A DNA stretch of 64,000 bases from an uncultured Gemmatimonadota bacterium (GCA_964490075.1 CAZBBK010000027.1:1-64000), one strand, 5' to 3'. Positions 1 through 12,469 are shown, counted from the stretch's first letter. Notes: generated by a model not told the origin, from the sequence alone. Translations and numbers: made by a program.

Positions 1-33
1 GGCCGGCGACTGTCCTGAGTTTTCGGACGGTAG

Positions 34-237
34 GTGGTTGACAACCGCACCTACCTCCCCCACCCGAAGCGCTCGCCCTGCATCGACGCCGGCGATCCTC
101 TGATCCTCGACGGCATCTACGACCGGCACCCGTTCTGGCCCGAGCGCTGTCCCAACTCCAGTCGCTCCGATATGGGCGCCTATGGTGGTCCGGGCAACGC
201 GGGGTGGTCGCCCCACTGGAGGCTACTCCCTCGTTGA
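34..237 (+). pseudogene. C-terminal fragment of a beta-helix-family secreted protein (5' truncated)
   Basis: Encodes SPCIDAGDP...HPxWP...RSDMGAYGGPGN, the family C-terminus. In-frame TAG at 31-33 and TGA at 16-18; the expected GNIDADPLF is absent upstream. Confidence 0.75.
50..237 (+). repeat. 188-bp direct repeat of 4627-4814
   Basis: Hand alignment gives 16 mismatches in 188 nt, ungapped; both copies end at TGA. Confidence 0.95.
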
Positions 238-339
238 TCCTACGCGTCTCCCGCCGGTGCCGCGAAAGCCGATCCGCGCCAGGTGGCGGGTTGGTTGGCA
301 ACTCGGTTATCCTGAGACCATGCCCGATAGGAGGGAACC

Positions 340-3147
340 ATGACTCACCGAAACGGCACCGCCCAGATCGCATGCACCATCGCTCTCAGCCTCGGTGCCC
401 AGGCCGCGATCGTCCTGGTGCCGCAGGACCAGCCCACCATTCAGGCGGGCCTGGATGCCGCCGCCGCGGGGGATACCGTGCTGGTCGCCGCCGGCACCTA
501 CAGCGGGGTGGGCAACAAGAACCTCGACTTCGGCGGGATCGATCGCGTGCTGCTCTCGACGGCGGGGGCCGAGGCCACGGTGATCGACGGCCAGGCGGAT
601 GGGCGCGGATTCGACTTCCACGGCGGCGAGACCGAGTCCTCGGTGGTGCGCGGCTTCACCATCACCGGGGGCCGGGTCTGGTCGCAGGCCGGCGGGGGCG
701 TTCGCTGCGTCGCCTCTTCGCCGAGCTTGATCGAATGCGTGATCTCGGGGAATGAGGCCGACGGCCCGGACGTCACCAGCGGCGGCGGGCTGGGCTGCTC
801 CGAAGGTGCCTCGCCGACTCTGTACCAATGCCGAGTCGTCGACAACTGGGTCGAGGGCAAAGAGGCGCGCGGCGGCGGTCTGGCCTGCGCCGGCCTCTCG
901 TCTCCGACCCTGTCCCGCTGTGCGGTGGCCCGCAATGAAGCAGAAGCCGACGGCTCTGCTCTCGGAGGTGGACTCTACTGCTCAGAGGACTCCGCCCCTG
1001 CACTGCGTGAATGTGTTGTCTCGAACAACGGTGTCCGAGGTGGGAGCGGTGGATCCGGTGGGGGGATCTACTGCAGCTCTTCTCTGCCCACGCTGACCGA
1101 CTGTGCAGTCTCGGACAACTTCGCGCGGGGCGAAGGGAATTACTCCGGCGCCGCATTCTACTGCGCCGAGTCGTCGCCAGTATTGACCCGCTGCACGATT
1201 TCCCGCAATTGGGGCCGAGGTTACCTATTCGGCGGTGGATTCTACTGTTACCGTTCCTCGCCGGTTCTGCACCGTTGCACGATTTCCGAAAATCACAGCA
1301 CCGGGCTCTGGTGCCGCGGTTCTTCCTCTCCGACCTTGATTGACTGCACTATCACCAGGAATTCCAGCTACTACGGCGGCGGTCTGAAGTGCCTGGAGGA
1401 CTGCGCCCCCGTATTGACCAACTGCACGGTGGTCGGCAACTCGGCGCCGAGCGGCGCCGGAATGTACTGCAGTGGCGACTGCTTTCCGATCCTGACCAGC
1501 TGCATCCTTCGCAACCATGGCTCCAACGAAATCGACCTCAACGAGAGCACCGTGACCGCCACCTACTCGAACATCCGTGGTGGCTGGGACGGCGAAGGCA
1601 ATATCGATGCCGATCCGCGTTTCTGCGACGGCGCCTGCTGGCAGCTCACCGACCTGGGGCTTGCGGCCGACTCCCCCTGCGCCGGCACCGGCTTCGGGGG
1701 AGGCGATATGGGAGCCCGGCCAGTAGCCTGCGACGCTCCACTCGATCAGACGCCGACTCTCTTCGAGATTCCCGGCGACTTCCCGACGCTGCGAGCTGCA
1801 TTCGACGTTTCGTGCGACGGAGACACTATCGTCGTCGCTCCGGGCACCCACCAAGCGCAGTGACTGGAGGTCCCCTGGTTGAACCTGGAGATCCGGGGAT
1901 CCGATCCCCTCGCTCCCGAGATCGTCGACGCCACGGTGATCGACGGCGCGGGTGCGGATGTGCTGCGCTTCGCGGCGACCCTGCCAGAAGTAGCTACGCG
2001 GATGTCCGGGCTGACCATCACTGGCGGCGGCACAGGAATCGTCTGCAGCGATGCATCGCCAACGATCGACTTTTGCGTGATCCGCGACAACTCGGGCGAC
2101 GAGGGACGGGGGATATACTGCCAATCCTGCGCTCCCGCATTCACGAGCTGCACCATTCGCGACAACTCGGTCAGAGGCGGAGGGGGCGGACTGCACTGTT
2201 ACAAAGCATCACCGATCTTGCGAGGCTGTACGATCTCGGGCAACGAGGCCCGTGACGCCTCGATATGGGTGAGTGGGCAAGGGGGGGGACTCGACTGCTT
2301 CGACTCTTCGCCCCTGCTGCTCGGCTGCTCGATCGTTCGCAACATCGCGGATTACGGTGGCGGCCTAAGCTGCTCCGGAGGCAGCTCGGCGATTCTCGCC
2401 AACTGCGTGATCAAGGAGAACTCTGCGCCGTACGGTGGTGGCGGTGCCTACTGTATCGAGGCCTCGCCAGAGTTTATCCACTGCACGATTTCTGGCAACA
2501 AGAGCAACAGCGGGACTGGCGGAGGAATCCGTTGTTTCCAGGCTTCTCCGACATTGAGAAGATGCACGATCTGCAACAACACAGCCCGCAGCAACGGCGG
2601 CGGCCTCGAATGTACTACCGGCTCTTCGCCTGAGCTCACGGGCTGCATCATCAGCCACAACGAGACACGCGTCGATGGCGGGGGAGGCCTCTACTGTGGC
2701 TTGCGTTCGTCGCCGACCCTGGCAAACTGCGTCATCTCAGCAAATCGCAGCACAGGGTCCTGGGGCCGCGGCGGCGGAATCGTCTGCACAGATTACTGCT
2801 CCCCGAAGCTGACCAACTGCATCATCTGGAACAACAACCCGACCCAGGTCTACGACAGTCCCGACAGTCCGGGAACACTGGTGTTGCGCTACTGCGACAT
2901 CGAAGGCGACTATCCAGGCCAGTGCAACATCGATGCCGACCCGATCTTCCACACTCGGGGGCGCATCGACTATCTGCTCGGCCCCTACTCTCCGTGCATC
3001 GATGCCGGAGATCCGGCCCTGAACGACGCGCTCTCGGACTGGCACCCGCGCTGGCCCGAGTGGTATTCCGACGGCCCACGCTCCGACATCGGCGCCTTCG
3101 GAGGTCCCGGCAACGATGGCTGGATCGGTCAGAGGACCGTGCCGTGA
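340..3147 (+). pseudogene. Two-module right-handed beta-helix secreted protein (~935 aa) with internal in-frame TGA at 1861-1863
   Basis: ORFs 340-1863 and 1879-3147 share one frame: VVAPGTHQAQ*LEVPWLNLEIRGSDP. Signal peptide, VPxDxxTIQ..APGTY head, GGGxxC/SPxLxxC/IxxN repeats, conserved C-terminus. Confidence 0.85.
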
Positions 3148-4814
3148 GACCGTGCCCCACCGAGCTCGCCGCTGCCCTCGCCGCCTGTGTCTTGACGGTC
3201 GCGGGCGCCCCTGCGGATCGAATCGACGTGCCCGGGGACTTCGCCTCGATCCAGTCCGCCATCGACGCCGCCGAGGATGGGGACCTGGTGCTGATTCAGC
3301 CCGGCACCTACCTCGAGCGGATCGACTTTCGCGGCAAGGCGATCGTGGTCAGCGGCAGCGATCCGCGGGATTCGGTGCTGGTGGCGGGGACGGTGATCGA
3401 TGCTTCCGCCTGTGCGGGGGGCTCGTGCAGCGTGGTGAGCTTCGTTTCGGGCGAAGGGCCGCGGTCGGTGTTGGCGGGGGTGACGGTGACGGGGGGCTCG
3501 GGGACGGTTGACAGATCCGCGCCCCTCACAACCACTGGCGGCGGAGGCATCTGTTGTGTCAGAAGTGCTCCGACGATTCGCGACTGTCATGTCCGCGAGA
3601 ACCGACCACTGGGGTTCAAAGTCAAGGGCGGCGGTCTTTGCTGCGATCGCGCGGCGGTAACGCTGACACGCTGTCGCATCGTCGACAACTTGTGCGATGA
3701 ATCGAAGGACACGTCTCGCGATCGAGGAGGAGGGATCTTCGCACGGGACTCCGAGCTGACGATCGAGGCCAGTACGATCAGCGCCAATTCCGCGGAAGAT
3801 GGTGGAGGCATGTGGCTCGTTGGCAGCTCCGCGCGCATTCTTGGTACCCGTGTGGTGCGAAACATCGCGATCAAGGGTGATGCCTACGCGGGAGGGATCG
3901 GACTCGATCGCTCCACTGTGATGTTGCGACGGTGCACGATCTCCGGCAACCGCACCAAAGGACCGTTGTCGATTGGTGGCGCGATATACAGCGAAGGCAG
4001 CAGCTTGTCGGTTCTCCACTGTGAGATCGCCGACAACACAATCGGTGGCGTGCGCACCTACTGGGGATCCGTGGAGATCCGCAACAGCGCGTTCTTGCGA
4101 AATGTCTGTATTGGTACCTGGGTGGGTGGAGGACTGACCATCGAAGGCCCCGATCGAGCGTTGGTGTCACGCTGCCTCTTCTATGGCAACCGGGCTGAGG
4201 ACGGTGGTGGTGTACACCTGGGTGAAACCTACCGCGAGGGTAGGGTCGAGAATTGCAGGATCGTGTGCAACACAGCAACTGGGAATGGCGGTGGCATCTA
4301 CATCGATGGGGATCAATGGGATATCACCAACTGTGTCGTCTCTCGAAACACAGGCAGACACGGCTCAGGCATATACACAGTCCTATACGATGCGATCATC
4401 ACGAACACCACCATCGTGGCCAACGAGTCGCCGATGGGCGGAGGATTCCACGCGCACCGGTTCTCCGTGCCGACGCTGACCAACTGTATCATCCGGGACA
4501 ACGTGCCGACGCAAGTCGCGCACACCGAGGATAGCCCCACCATCACCTACTCCAACGTCCAAGACGGCTGGCCCGGCACCGGCAACATCGACGCCGATCC
4601 CCTCTTCCTCACCATCGAGCACGACGCCTACCTCCCCCACCCGAAGCACTCGCCCTGCATCGACGCCGGCGATCCCCTGATCCTCGACGGCGTCTACGAC
4701 CGGCACCCGCTCTGGCCCGAGCGCTTTCCCAACTCCAGTCGCTCCGATATGGGCGCCTATGGTGGCCCGGGCAACACGGGATGGTTGCCTCTCTGGGGGT
4801 TACCCTTTCGTTGA
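3144..4814 (+). CDS. Right-handed parallel beta-helix repeat secreted protein
   Basis: GTGA overlap with upstream gene; signal peptide; VPGDFASIQSAIDAA..QPGTY; GGG(I/L) repeats; PCIDAGDP..SDMGAYGG tail. Confidence 0.9.
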   Translation: MRPCPTELAAALAACVLTVAGAPADRIDVPGDFASIQSAIDAAEDGDLVLIQPGTYLERIDFRGKAIVVSGSDPRDSVLVAGTVIDASACAGGSCSVVSFVSGEGPRSVLAGVTVTGGSGTVDRSAPLTTTGGGGICCVRSAPTIRDCHVRENRPLGFKVKGGGLCCDRAAVTLTRCRIVDNLCDESKDTSRDRGGGIFARDSELTIEASTISANSAEDGGGMWLVGSSARILGTRVVRNIAIKGDAYAGGIGLDRSTVMLRRCTISGNRTKGPLSIGGAIYSEGSSLSVLHCEIADNTIGGVRTYWGSVEIRNSAFLRNVCIGTWVGGGLTIEGPDRALVSRCLFYGNRAEDGGGVHLGETYREGRVENCRIVCNTATGNGGGIYIDGDQWDITNCVVSRNTGRHGSGIYTVLYDAIITNTTIVANESPMGGGFHAHRFSVPTLTNCIIRDNVPTQVAHTEDSPTITYSNVQDGWPGTGNIDADPLFLTIEHDAYLPHPKHSPCIDAGDPLILDGVYDRHPLWPERFPNSSRSDMGAYGGPGNTGWLPLWGLPFR

Positions 4815-4843
4815 TCACCCGCACCCCCCGTCGGAGATCCGAT

Positions 4844-7147
4844 ATGCAGCGTGCCGCTCACGCCCTGCTCCTCGCCGCCTTTGCGACCAGCTCATCGATC
4901 TCGAGTCCCGCCACCCGCACTCCGGCCGGCGGTCGCAGCTCCCTCGTTCCTCTGCCACGCAGCCCGATCGAGCACCGCGCCCTGCCGGATTTCAGCCTGA
5001 TCGTCCTTCCCGACACCCAGTACTACACTCAGCAGCCCGACGATCCCGACAATCCCTACTACCTGCAGGCGCAGTGGATCGTCGACAACCAAGAGACTCT
5101 GAACATCCCCATCGTGCTGCACATGGGCGACATCACCCATACCAACGTCACTTCGGAATGGCGGATCGCCGATGCCGCCCATGAGATCCTCGAGAGCGGC
5201 GCGGTGCCCTACTCCATGGTGCCCGGCAACCACGACTACCCGCGCAGCGGTGGCTTCCAGCGCGATACGTCGCTCTACAACAGCTACTTCGGCCCCGACC
5301 GTTTCATCAGCGAGCCCTGGTATGGGGGGCACTTCGGCGGCACCAACGATTCCAACTACCTGCTCTTCGAGGTCGGCGCGCTGGAGTTCCTGGTGCTGAA
5401 CCTGGAGTTCGCGCCGCGTAAAGAAGCGCTGTGCTGGGCCAACGATGTGATCGCCGCCCATCCCGAGCGCCGGGTGATCGTGGTCACCCACTGCTATCAG
5501 GAACACGGCGGCGGTCACCGGCTCGACTGCGCTGACTACTACGACATCGAAGGCGGCAACGGCGACGTGATCTGGGACGAGGTGGCGAGCCGTCACAGCA
5601 ACGTCTTCCTGGTGCTCTCCGGACATGTCGGCGATTCCGAGCGCTATCTACGGCTCTCGCAGCCGGGCGAAGAGGTGCTGGAAATCTTGACCGACTACCA
5701 GTTCGAGATTCCCTGCGACGCCCATCCATGTGATTCCAACTGCGATATCTCCGGCTCCAGCCTTGGCAACGGCTGGCTGCGGGCGCTGCACTTCCAGCCC
5801 AAGCGCGACCGAATCGTGGTAGAGACATTTTCGGTGTCGGCGGGCAACCCCGACTACTTCCCCGGCGGCGATCCGGAGCTCTACTGCGCGGCCTACGACC
5901 CCGATCCGCTCTCCGACGATCACGCCTACCAGCTCGACTACGACATGAGCGGCGAGCTCCCTCCCTACAGCTACCAGGACGGCGGCGGCTTCGCCTTCCA
6001 CGACCGCACCGTCAACACCGACGGTTCCGGCCAGCAGCAGGCACCCGCGGTGGCACTGGCCGACGAGGGCAGCAGCGTGATCGTCTGGCAGGACGACCAG
6101 GACGACAACGGCTATTACGATATCTACGCGCGCGGCCTGGCCGCGGGCGGCTGCGAGAGCTTCGCCGACATCGTGGTTTGCGAGGACTGCGACCACCAGC
6201 AGACCAGCCCGCGGGTCGCGGCCGACGGCAGCGGCAACTTCGTCGTCACCTGGGAGGACGACCGCGACGACAACGGTCTCTACCAGATCTACGCGCGCGG
6301 CTTCACGGCCGGCGGCATCGAGCGCTTCGCGGCGCTGACCGTGAACAGCGTGGACGACGGACAGCAACGCCGCCCCGATATCGCCATGGGTGCCGACGGC
6401 CGCTTCGTGGTCGTCTGGGAGGACGACCAAGACAACAACGACTACTACCAGATCAAGGCGCGAATGCTGAGCGCGCTCGGGACCGAGCTGGTGGCGGACT
6501 TCACCGTCAACAGCCTGGAGGACGGCCAGCAGTACCGCCCATCGGTGGCGATGGACGCCACGGGGGGATTCGTCGTCGCCTGGGAAGACGATTCCGACGA
6601 CAACGGCTACTTCCAGATCTACGCCCGCGGCTTCGAAACCGACGGCAGCCAACGTTTCGCCGACTTCACGGTCAACTCCACCGCCACTGGGCAGCAGTAC
6701 CGGCCTGCGGTGGCGATCGATCCCCAGGGAGCATTCGTGGTCGCCTTCGAGGACGACCAGGACAAGGACGGCAACTTCGATGTGCGCTGCCGCGGCTTCG
6801 ATGCGACGGGAAGCGAGAGATTCTCCGACCGCCTGGTGAACGCCAGCGTCGGCGGCGAGCACCGCGCTCCGGCGATCGCTGCCGATGCGGCGGGCGCCTT
6901 CGTGATCGCCTGGGAGGACGACCAGGACAACAACGGCTGGTGGCAGATCTGGGCCCGTGGCTTCGAAGCGACCGGCGCAGAGCGTTTCGGCTCGTTCAAC
7001 GTCAACTACGACGACGAGGGGCAACAATTCGCTCCTTCGCTCGCCCTCGACGCGGACGGCGACTTCGTGGTGGCGTGGGAGGACGACCGGGACAAGAACG
7101 ACTACTACGAGGTGGTGGCGAGAGGGGTGGACGCCGAGGGGCCTTGA
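4844..7147 (+). CDS. Secreted calcineurin-like metallophosphoesterase with C-terminal 7-repeat (probable beta-propeller) domain
   Basis: GGAG RBS; motifs PDTQ, HMGD, GNHD, TH, SGH; seven 55-aa repeats. Confidence 0.85.
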   Translation: MQRAAHALLLAAFATSSSISSPATRTPAGGRSSLVPLPRSPIEHRALPDFSLIVLPDTQYYTQQPDDPDNPYYLQAQWIVDNQETLNIPIVLHMGDITHTNVTSEWRIADAAHEILESGAVPYSMVPGNHDYPRSGGFQRDTSLYNSYFGPDRFISEPWYGGHFGGTNDSNYLLFEVGALEFLVLNLEFAPRKEALCWANDVIAAHPERRVIVVTHCYQEHGGGHRLDCADYYDIEGGNGDVIWDEVASRHSNVFLVLSGHVGDSERYLRLSQPGEEVLEILTDYQFEIPCDAHPCDSNCDISGSSLGNGWLRALHFQPKRDRIVVETFSVSAGNPDYFPGGDPELYCAAYDPDPLSDDHAYQLDYDMSGELPPYSYQDGGGFAFHDRTVNTDGSGQQQAPAVALADEGSSVIVWQDDQDDNGYYDIYARGLAAGGCESFADIVVCEDCDHQQTSPRVAADGSGNFVVTWEDDRDDNGLYQIYARGFTAGGIERFAALTVNSVDDGQQRRPDIAMGADGRFVVVWEDDQDNNDYYQIKARMLSALGTELVADFTVNSLEDGQQYRPSVAMDATGGFVVAWEDDSDDNGYFQIYARGFETDGSQRFADFTVNSTATGQQYRPAVAIDPQGAFVVAFEDDQDKDGNFDVRCRGFDATGSERFSDRLVNASVGGEHRAPAIAADAAGAFVIAWEDDQDNNGWWQIWARGFEATGAERFGSFNVNYDDEGQQFAPSLALDADGDFVVAWEDDRDKNDYYEVVARGVDAEGP
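6011..7140 (+). repeat. Seven tandem ~165-nt (55-aa) coding repeats
   Basis: VNx4-5GQQxxPxVAxDxxGxFVVxWEDDxDxNGxYQIxARGF consensus, seven copies in the translation. Confidence 0.9.
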
Positions 7148-7152
7148 CTCCT

Positions 7153-7328
7153 CCGTCATCCGCCATCTTGTCTGTGGCCATGTCGTGCGAATCTCGCCCT
7201 TGGTCGCTGCGCCGCGCCAACTTGAGCGCAGACCTGGTGGACGTAGGTCGAACATCAAATCGGCGCGAGCAACGAACGATCGGGCCAAGAGGCGCATGGC
7301 GAATCGCGAATCGGGTGGCGGATCATGG
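7153..7328. mobile_element. MITE-like palindromic element, family A (degenerate copy)
   Basis: Colinear with 38413-38587; shares CATCAAATCGGCGCGAGCAACGAA and CAAGAGGCGCATGGCGAATCGCGAATC; begins just after the 7147 stop. Confidence 0.8.
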
Positions 7329-7425
7329 CCTCCGCAATCGATTGAACCGAAAGGCGCAAGCGCGTAGACTCCGGGTTTTGGTCGGCAACCCCCGCGGGCC
7401 GATCGGCCCGCCTTCGGAGAAGCCC

Positions 7426-8788
7426 ATGTTCCGTTCGGTTCTGGTCGCGAACCGTGGAGAGATCGCGCTGCGGATCATCCGCGCGCTGCGCGAGCTCTCG
7501 ATCCGCTCGGTGGCCGCCTACTCGGAGGCCGATCGGGAGTCGCCCCACCTCGAGCAGGCCGACGATCGGGTGTGCATCGGCGGCGCACGCAGCGGCGACA
7601 GCTATCTGAAGATGGAGGCGCTGCTGCAGGCGGCGCTGCAGAAGGACTGCCAGGCGGTCCATCCCGGCTTCGGATTCCTGGCCGAGAACGCTCGTTTCGC
7701 GGCGATGTGCGAGCAGGCACGGGTGACCTTCATCGGGCCGGGGCCGGCGGCGATCCGGCAGATGGGGGTGAAAGCGCAGGCGCGCGAGACGATGCGCGCG
7801 GCGGGCCTCGACCCGATCCCGGGGTCGCGCGGCGTGGTCGGTACCTTGGACGAGGCGCGGCGGGTGGCTGTCGAGATCGGCTATCCGGTGCTGCTCAAGG
7901 CCAGCGCGGGGGGCGGCGGGCGCGGCATGCGGGTGGCCGACGACGAGGCGGGGCTCGATGCTGCTTTTTCGGAAGCGCGGATGGAGGCCGAGAAGGCATT
8001 TGGGGACGGCAGCCTCTACCTCGAGAAGTTCATCCGCGGCGGGCGCCACATCGAGTTTCAGATTCTGGCGGATGTCTACGGCAACGCGGTGCATCTGGGC
8101 GAGCGGGAGTGCTCGGTGCAGCGCCACCACCAGAAACTGATCGAGGAGTCGCCTTCGCCGGTGATTTCGGGGCTCGATCGGGCCGAGATCGGGGCGCGGG
8201 TGGCGGCGGCAGTGGCCAAGATCGGCTACGTAAACGCCGGCACCATCGAGTTCTTGCGCGACGACGACGGCAGTCTCTACTTCATGGAGATGAATACACG
8301 TTTGCAGGTGGAGCATCCGGTCACCGAGATGGTCACCGGCGTCGACATCGTCAAGGAGCAGATCGCGATCGCGGCAAACCGGCCGCTGTCGCTGACGCAG
8401 AGCGATGTGTCGCTCACCGGCCATGCGATCGAAGTGCGGATCAACGCCGAAGATCCGGCCCAGGGCTTCCAGCCGACGCCGGGCACGATCACCCGCTTCG
8501 ACGCCCCCGACACCGGGGCGGAGCTCAGGATCGACACGCACGTGCGACAGGGGTACACCGTTCCCCCCTTCTACGACTCGATGATCGCCAAGCTGATCGG
8601 CTATGGCGCCGACCGCGACGCTGCGATCGGCGTGGTGGCGGGAGCGCTACGGGAGTTCCGGATCGAGGGGGTGAAGACGACGATTCCGATGCACCTCGAG
8701 ACGCTGGCGTCGGCGGAGTTCAGGAGCGGTCAGTACGATACGCGGCTGATCGAAGAGCTGCTGGCGAATGGGGACGGAGGTCCCGACC

Positions 8789-8796
<8 letters not shown>
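7426..8796 (+). CDS. accC: Biotin carboxylase subunit of an acyl-CoA carboxylase
   Basis: [60 protein letters not shown]. Confidence 0.95.
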
Positions 8797-10513
<1,717 letters not shown>

Positions 10514-10517
10514 GCCG

Positions 10518-11120
10518 ATGAAAGAGACGATTGTCGCGCTGCACGCCGATGGCGAAGGACCGGAGGACCGTTTGATCCTGGCACCGGCGGTGGGACGCTA
10601 CCTGCACGCGCCGCCGGTCGGCACGCACTTGACGCCGGGAGCGGCGGCGGGAGTGTTGCGGGTGCTGACCACGACCCGGCGCGTGGTGGTGCCGCGCGGT
10701 GGGGGCGGCTTGGTGCAAGAGGTGCTGGTGGAGGACCGGGCGACGGCGGTCGACTATGGGCAACCGTTGCTTTCGCTCACCTTGGCGGCAGGGGGTGTGG
10801 CGCTCGAAGGGGAACGCCAGGGAGAGGGCGGAGACACCGGCGACGACAGCATTCCCGAGGGGATGGTGGCGGTGCGGGCTCCGACCGACGGCATATTCTA
10901 CCGGCGCCCGGCGCCGGAGGAGCCGGCCTACGTGGAGGTCGGCGACGTGGTGCAGCGCGGCAAGGTGCTGGGCCTGGTCGAGGTGATGAAGTGCTTCAAC
11001 CAGGTCGGCTACGGCGCCGAGAACGACGTGCCGGACCAGGCGCGGGTGCGACGCATCGTGCCCGAGGACGCGGCCGAGGTGAAGGTGGGGCAGCCGCTTT
11101 TCCTGTTGGAGCCGGTCTGA
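10518..11120 (+). CDS. accB: Biotin carboxyl carrier protein with an extra degenerate N-terminal biotinyl-like domain
   Basis: APTDGIFYRRP..EVMKC biotin-Lys motif..GQPLF; N-terminal half APAVGRY..DYGQPL lacks MK. Confidence 0.85.
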   Translation: MKETIVALHADGEGPEDRLILAPAVGRYLHAPPVGTHLTPGAAAGVLRVLTTTRRVVVPRGGGGLVQEVLVEDRATAVDYGQPLLSLTLAAGGVALEGERQGEGGDTGDDSIPEGMVAVRAPTDGIFYRRPAPEEPAYVEVGDVVQRGKVLGLVEVMKCFNQVGYGAENDVPDQARVRRIVPEDAAEVKVGQPLFLLEPV

Positions 11121-11128
11121 CCCGATGA

Positions 11129-12418
11129 CTACAAGAAGCGCTCCATGAAGCGGTAGTCGGGGGTCAGCTCGCCGTGGTGGAGGATGGTGGCGCGCTTGAT
11201 CGGCGCCGGCAGGTCGAGGCTGTCGAAGGGGCGGCTCCAGTCGGCGGCGACAAGGGCGGGCAAGAAGGGTGAAAGCGCCGCGCTGAAGGTCTCGGAGCTC
11301 TCACGGGGGATCTCGCAGGGCAGGTTGTCGACCGCCATGATCACCGGACCGTCGCCGGCCACTCCATCGGTCGCGACGCCGGAACGCGGATCGTAGACGT
11401 AGCAGGGCTGGTCGCTCTCGGTGGCCTTCACGCTGCACTCGATCGCGCCCTCGATGTCGATGGAGATGTCGCCGATCACCTTCAGCCGGGCCAGGTCGCC
11501 GGCCGGCCAGGCGCGGCGCAGGTAGTCCTTGGTGACCAGGCGCGGGCAGCGGTCGTTCCAAAAAATGGCGTTGACCAGGATCGACAGATGCGGCAGGAAA
11601 CGCTCGAAGCAGGACCGGTAGAGCTCGGGGTGATCGAAGTAGTCCTGCAGCTCGAACTCGCCGCCGTCGGCGCGCTGGAACATGTGCTTCTCGTAAAACA
11701 CCACTTTGTGGATGCGGTCGGGGCGCAGCCGGCGGCGGCGCTCGGGATCGAGCAGAGAGGCCGGGTCGAGCTCTTCGGTGGGCAGGAGATCGAGGATCGA
11801 CTGTGCTCCCTGCGACACATTTCCGTAGCCGGTGAAGCCGACGATGACCGGTTCGGGACGGTCCTCGGCGCCGAGCGCTCCGAGTTCGGCGCGGGCGTGC
11901 TCCAGTGAACGATACTCATGGGCCGAGCGGATGGCGCTGAAGATGCTCTCGTGGCCTTCCCAGCGCAGGCGATCGCCGTAGGCCGTCAGCGTATCGATCA
12001 TTCCGGCGTAGCCAGCGTGACGCCCGAAAAAGACCAGGCGCCGCCCCTGGTCATCGGCGATGCACTCGTAGTCGACCAGGGTGACCTTGCGCTCGATCAT
12101 GCGGCGCAGCAAAGGCATGTTGTAGGACTGGCCCTTGATGGTGTGGGAGAAGAGCAGGTAGCGACGCCCTTCTTCGATCAGCTCGATCGGGATCTCCTTG
12201 ACGGCGAAGATCAGCTCGGCGCTCGACAGATCATCCTCGATACGCGCGCCGGCGGCGGCATAGGAGGCATCGTCGAAGATCCGCGTCGTGGAAGGCTGGA
12301 CGAGGACCTCGACGGCGTGCGCGTCGACGACCGAGCGCACGGCGTCGGGGCTCAGCGCTACGCGCCGCTCCCAGTGGTTCTTGTCTTCGCGGCGGATGCC
12401 GAGGCGGACCGGGGGCAT
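11129..12418 (-). CDS. Lysine-2-oxoglutarate reductase / saccharopine dehydrogenase (AlaDh/PNT fold)
   Basis: GIRREDKNHWERR, VKEIP, FSHTIKGQ, DYECI, FFGRHAGYAG, GYGNVSQGA, AVDNLPCE; AGGAG RBS. Confidence 0.9.
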   Translation of the reverse strand: MPPVRLGIRREDKNHWERRVALSPDAVRSVVDAHAVEVLVQPSTTRIFDDASYAAAGARIEDDLSSAELIFAVKEIPIELIEEGRRYLLFSHTIKGQSYNMPLLRRMIERKVTLVDYECIADDQGRRLVFFGRHAGYAGMIDTLTAYGDRLRWEGHESIFSAIRSAHEYRSLEHARAELGALGAEDRPEPVIVGFTGYGNVSQGAQSILDLLPTEELDPASLLDPERRRRLRPDRIHKVVFYEKHMFQRADGGEFELQDYFDHPELYRSCFERFLPHLSILVNAIFWNDRCPRLVTKDYLRRAWPAGDLARLKVIGDISIDIEGAIECSVKATESDQPCYVYDPRSGVATDGVAGDGPVIMAVDNLPCEIPRESSETFSAALSPFLPALVAADWSRPFDSLDLPAPIKRATILHHGELTPDYRFMERFL

Positions 12419-12469
12419 CGGAGCTCCTGCTGGCTGATGGATGGGACGAATCGCACGGAATGGAACTTG

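Noticed and set aside
1861-1863. Genome-wide UGA reassignment (code 4 or 25)
   Set aside because: Many intact genes end in TGA at their expected C-termini, often in ATGA/GTGA overlaps.
50-4814. DGR template/variable repeat pair (50-237 vs 4627-4814)
   Set aside because: Only 6 of 16 mismatches involve A, and in both directions; no reverse transcriptase in the window.
6178-7425. N-terminal extensions of track ORFs (accC, synthase, leuC, leuD, fbp, HU, MNT)
   Set aside because: They overlap upstream genes or repeats; starts were reset using RBS, stop-start overlaps and family N-termini.
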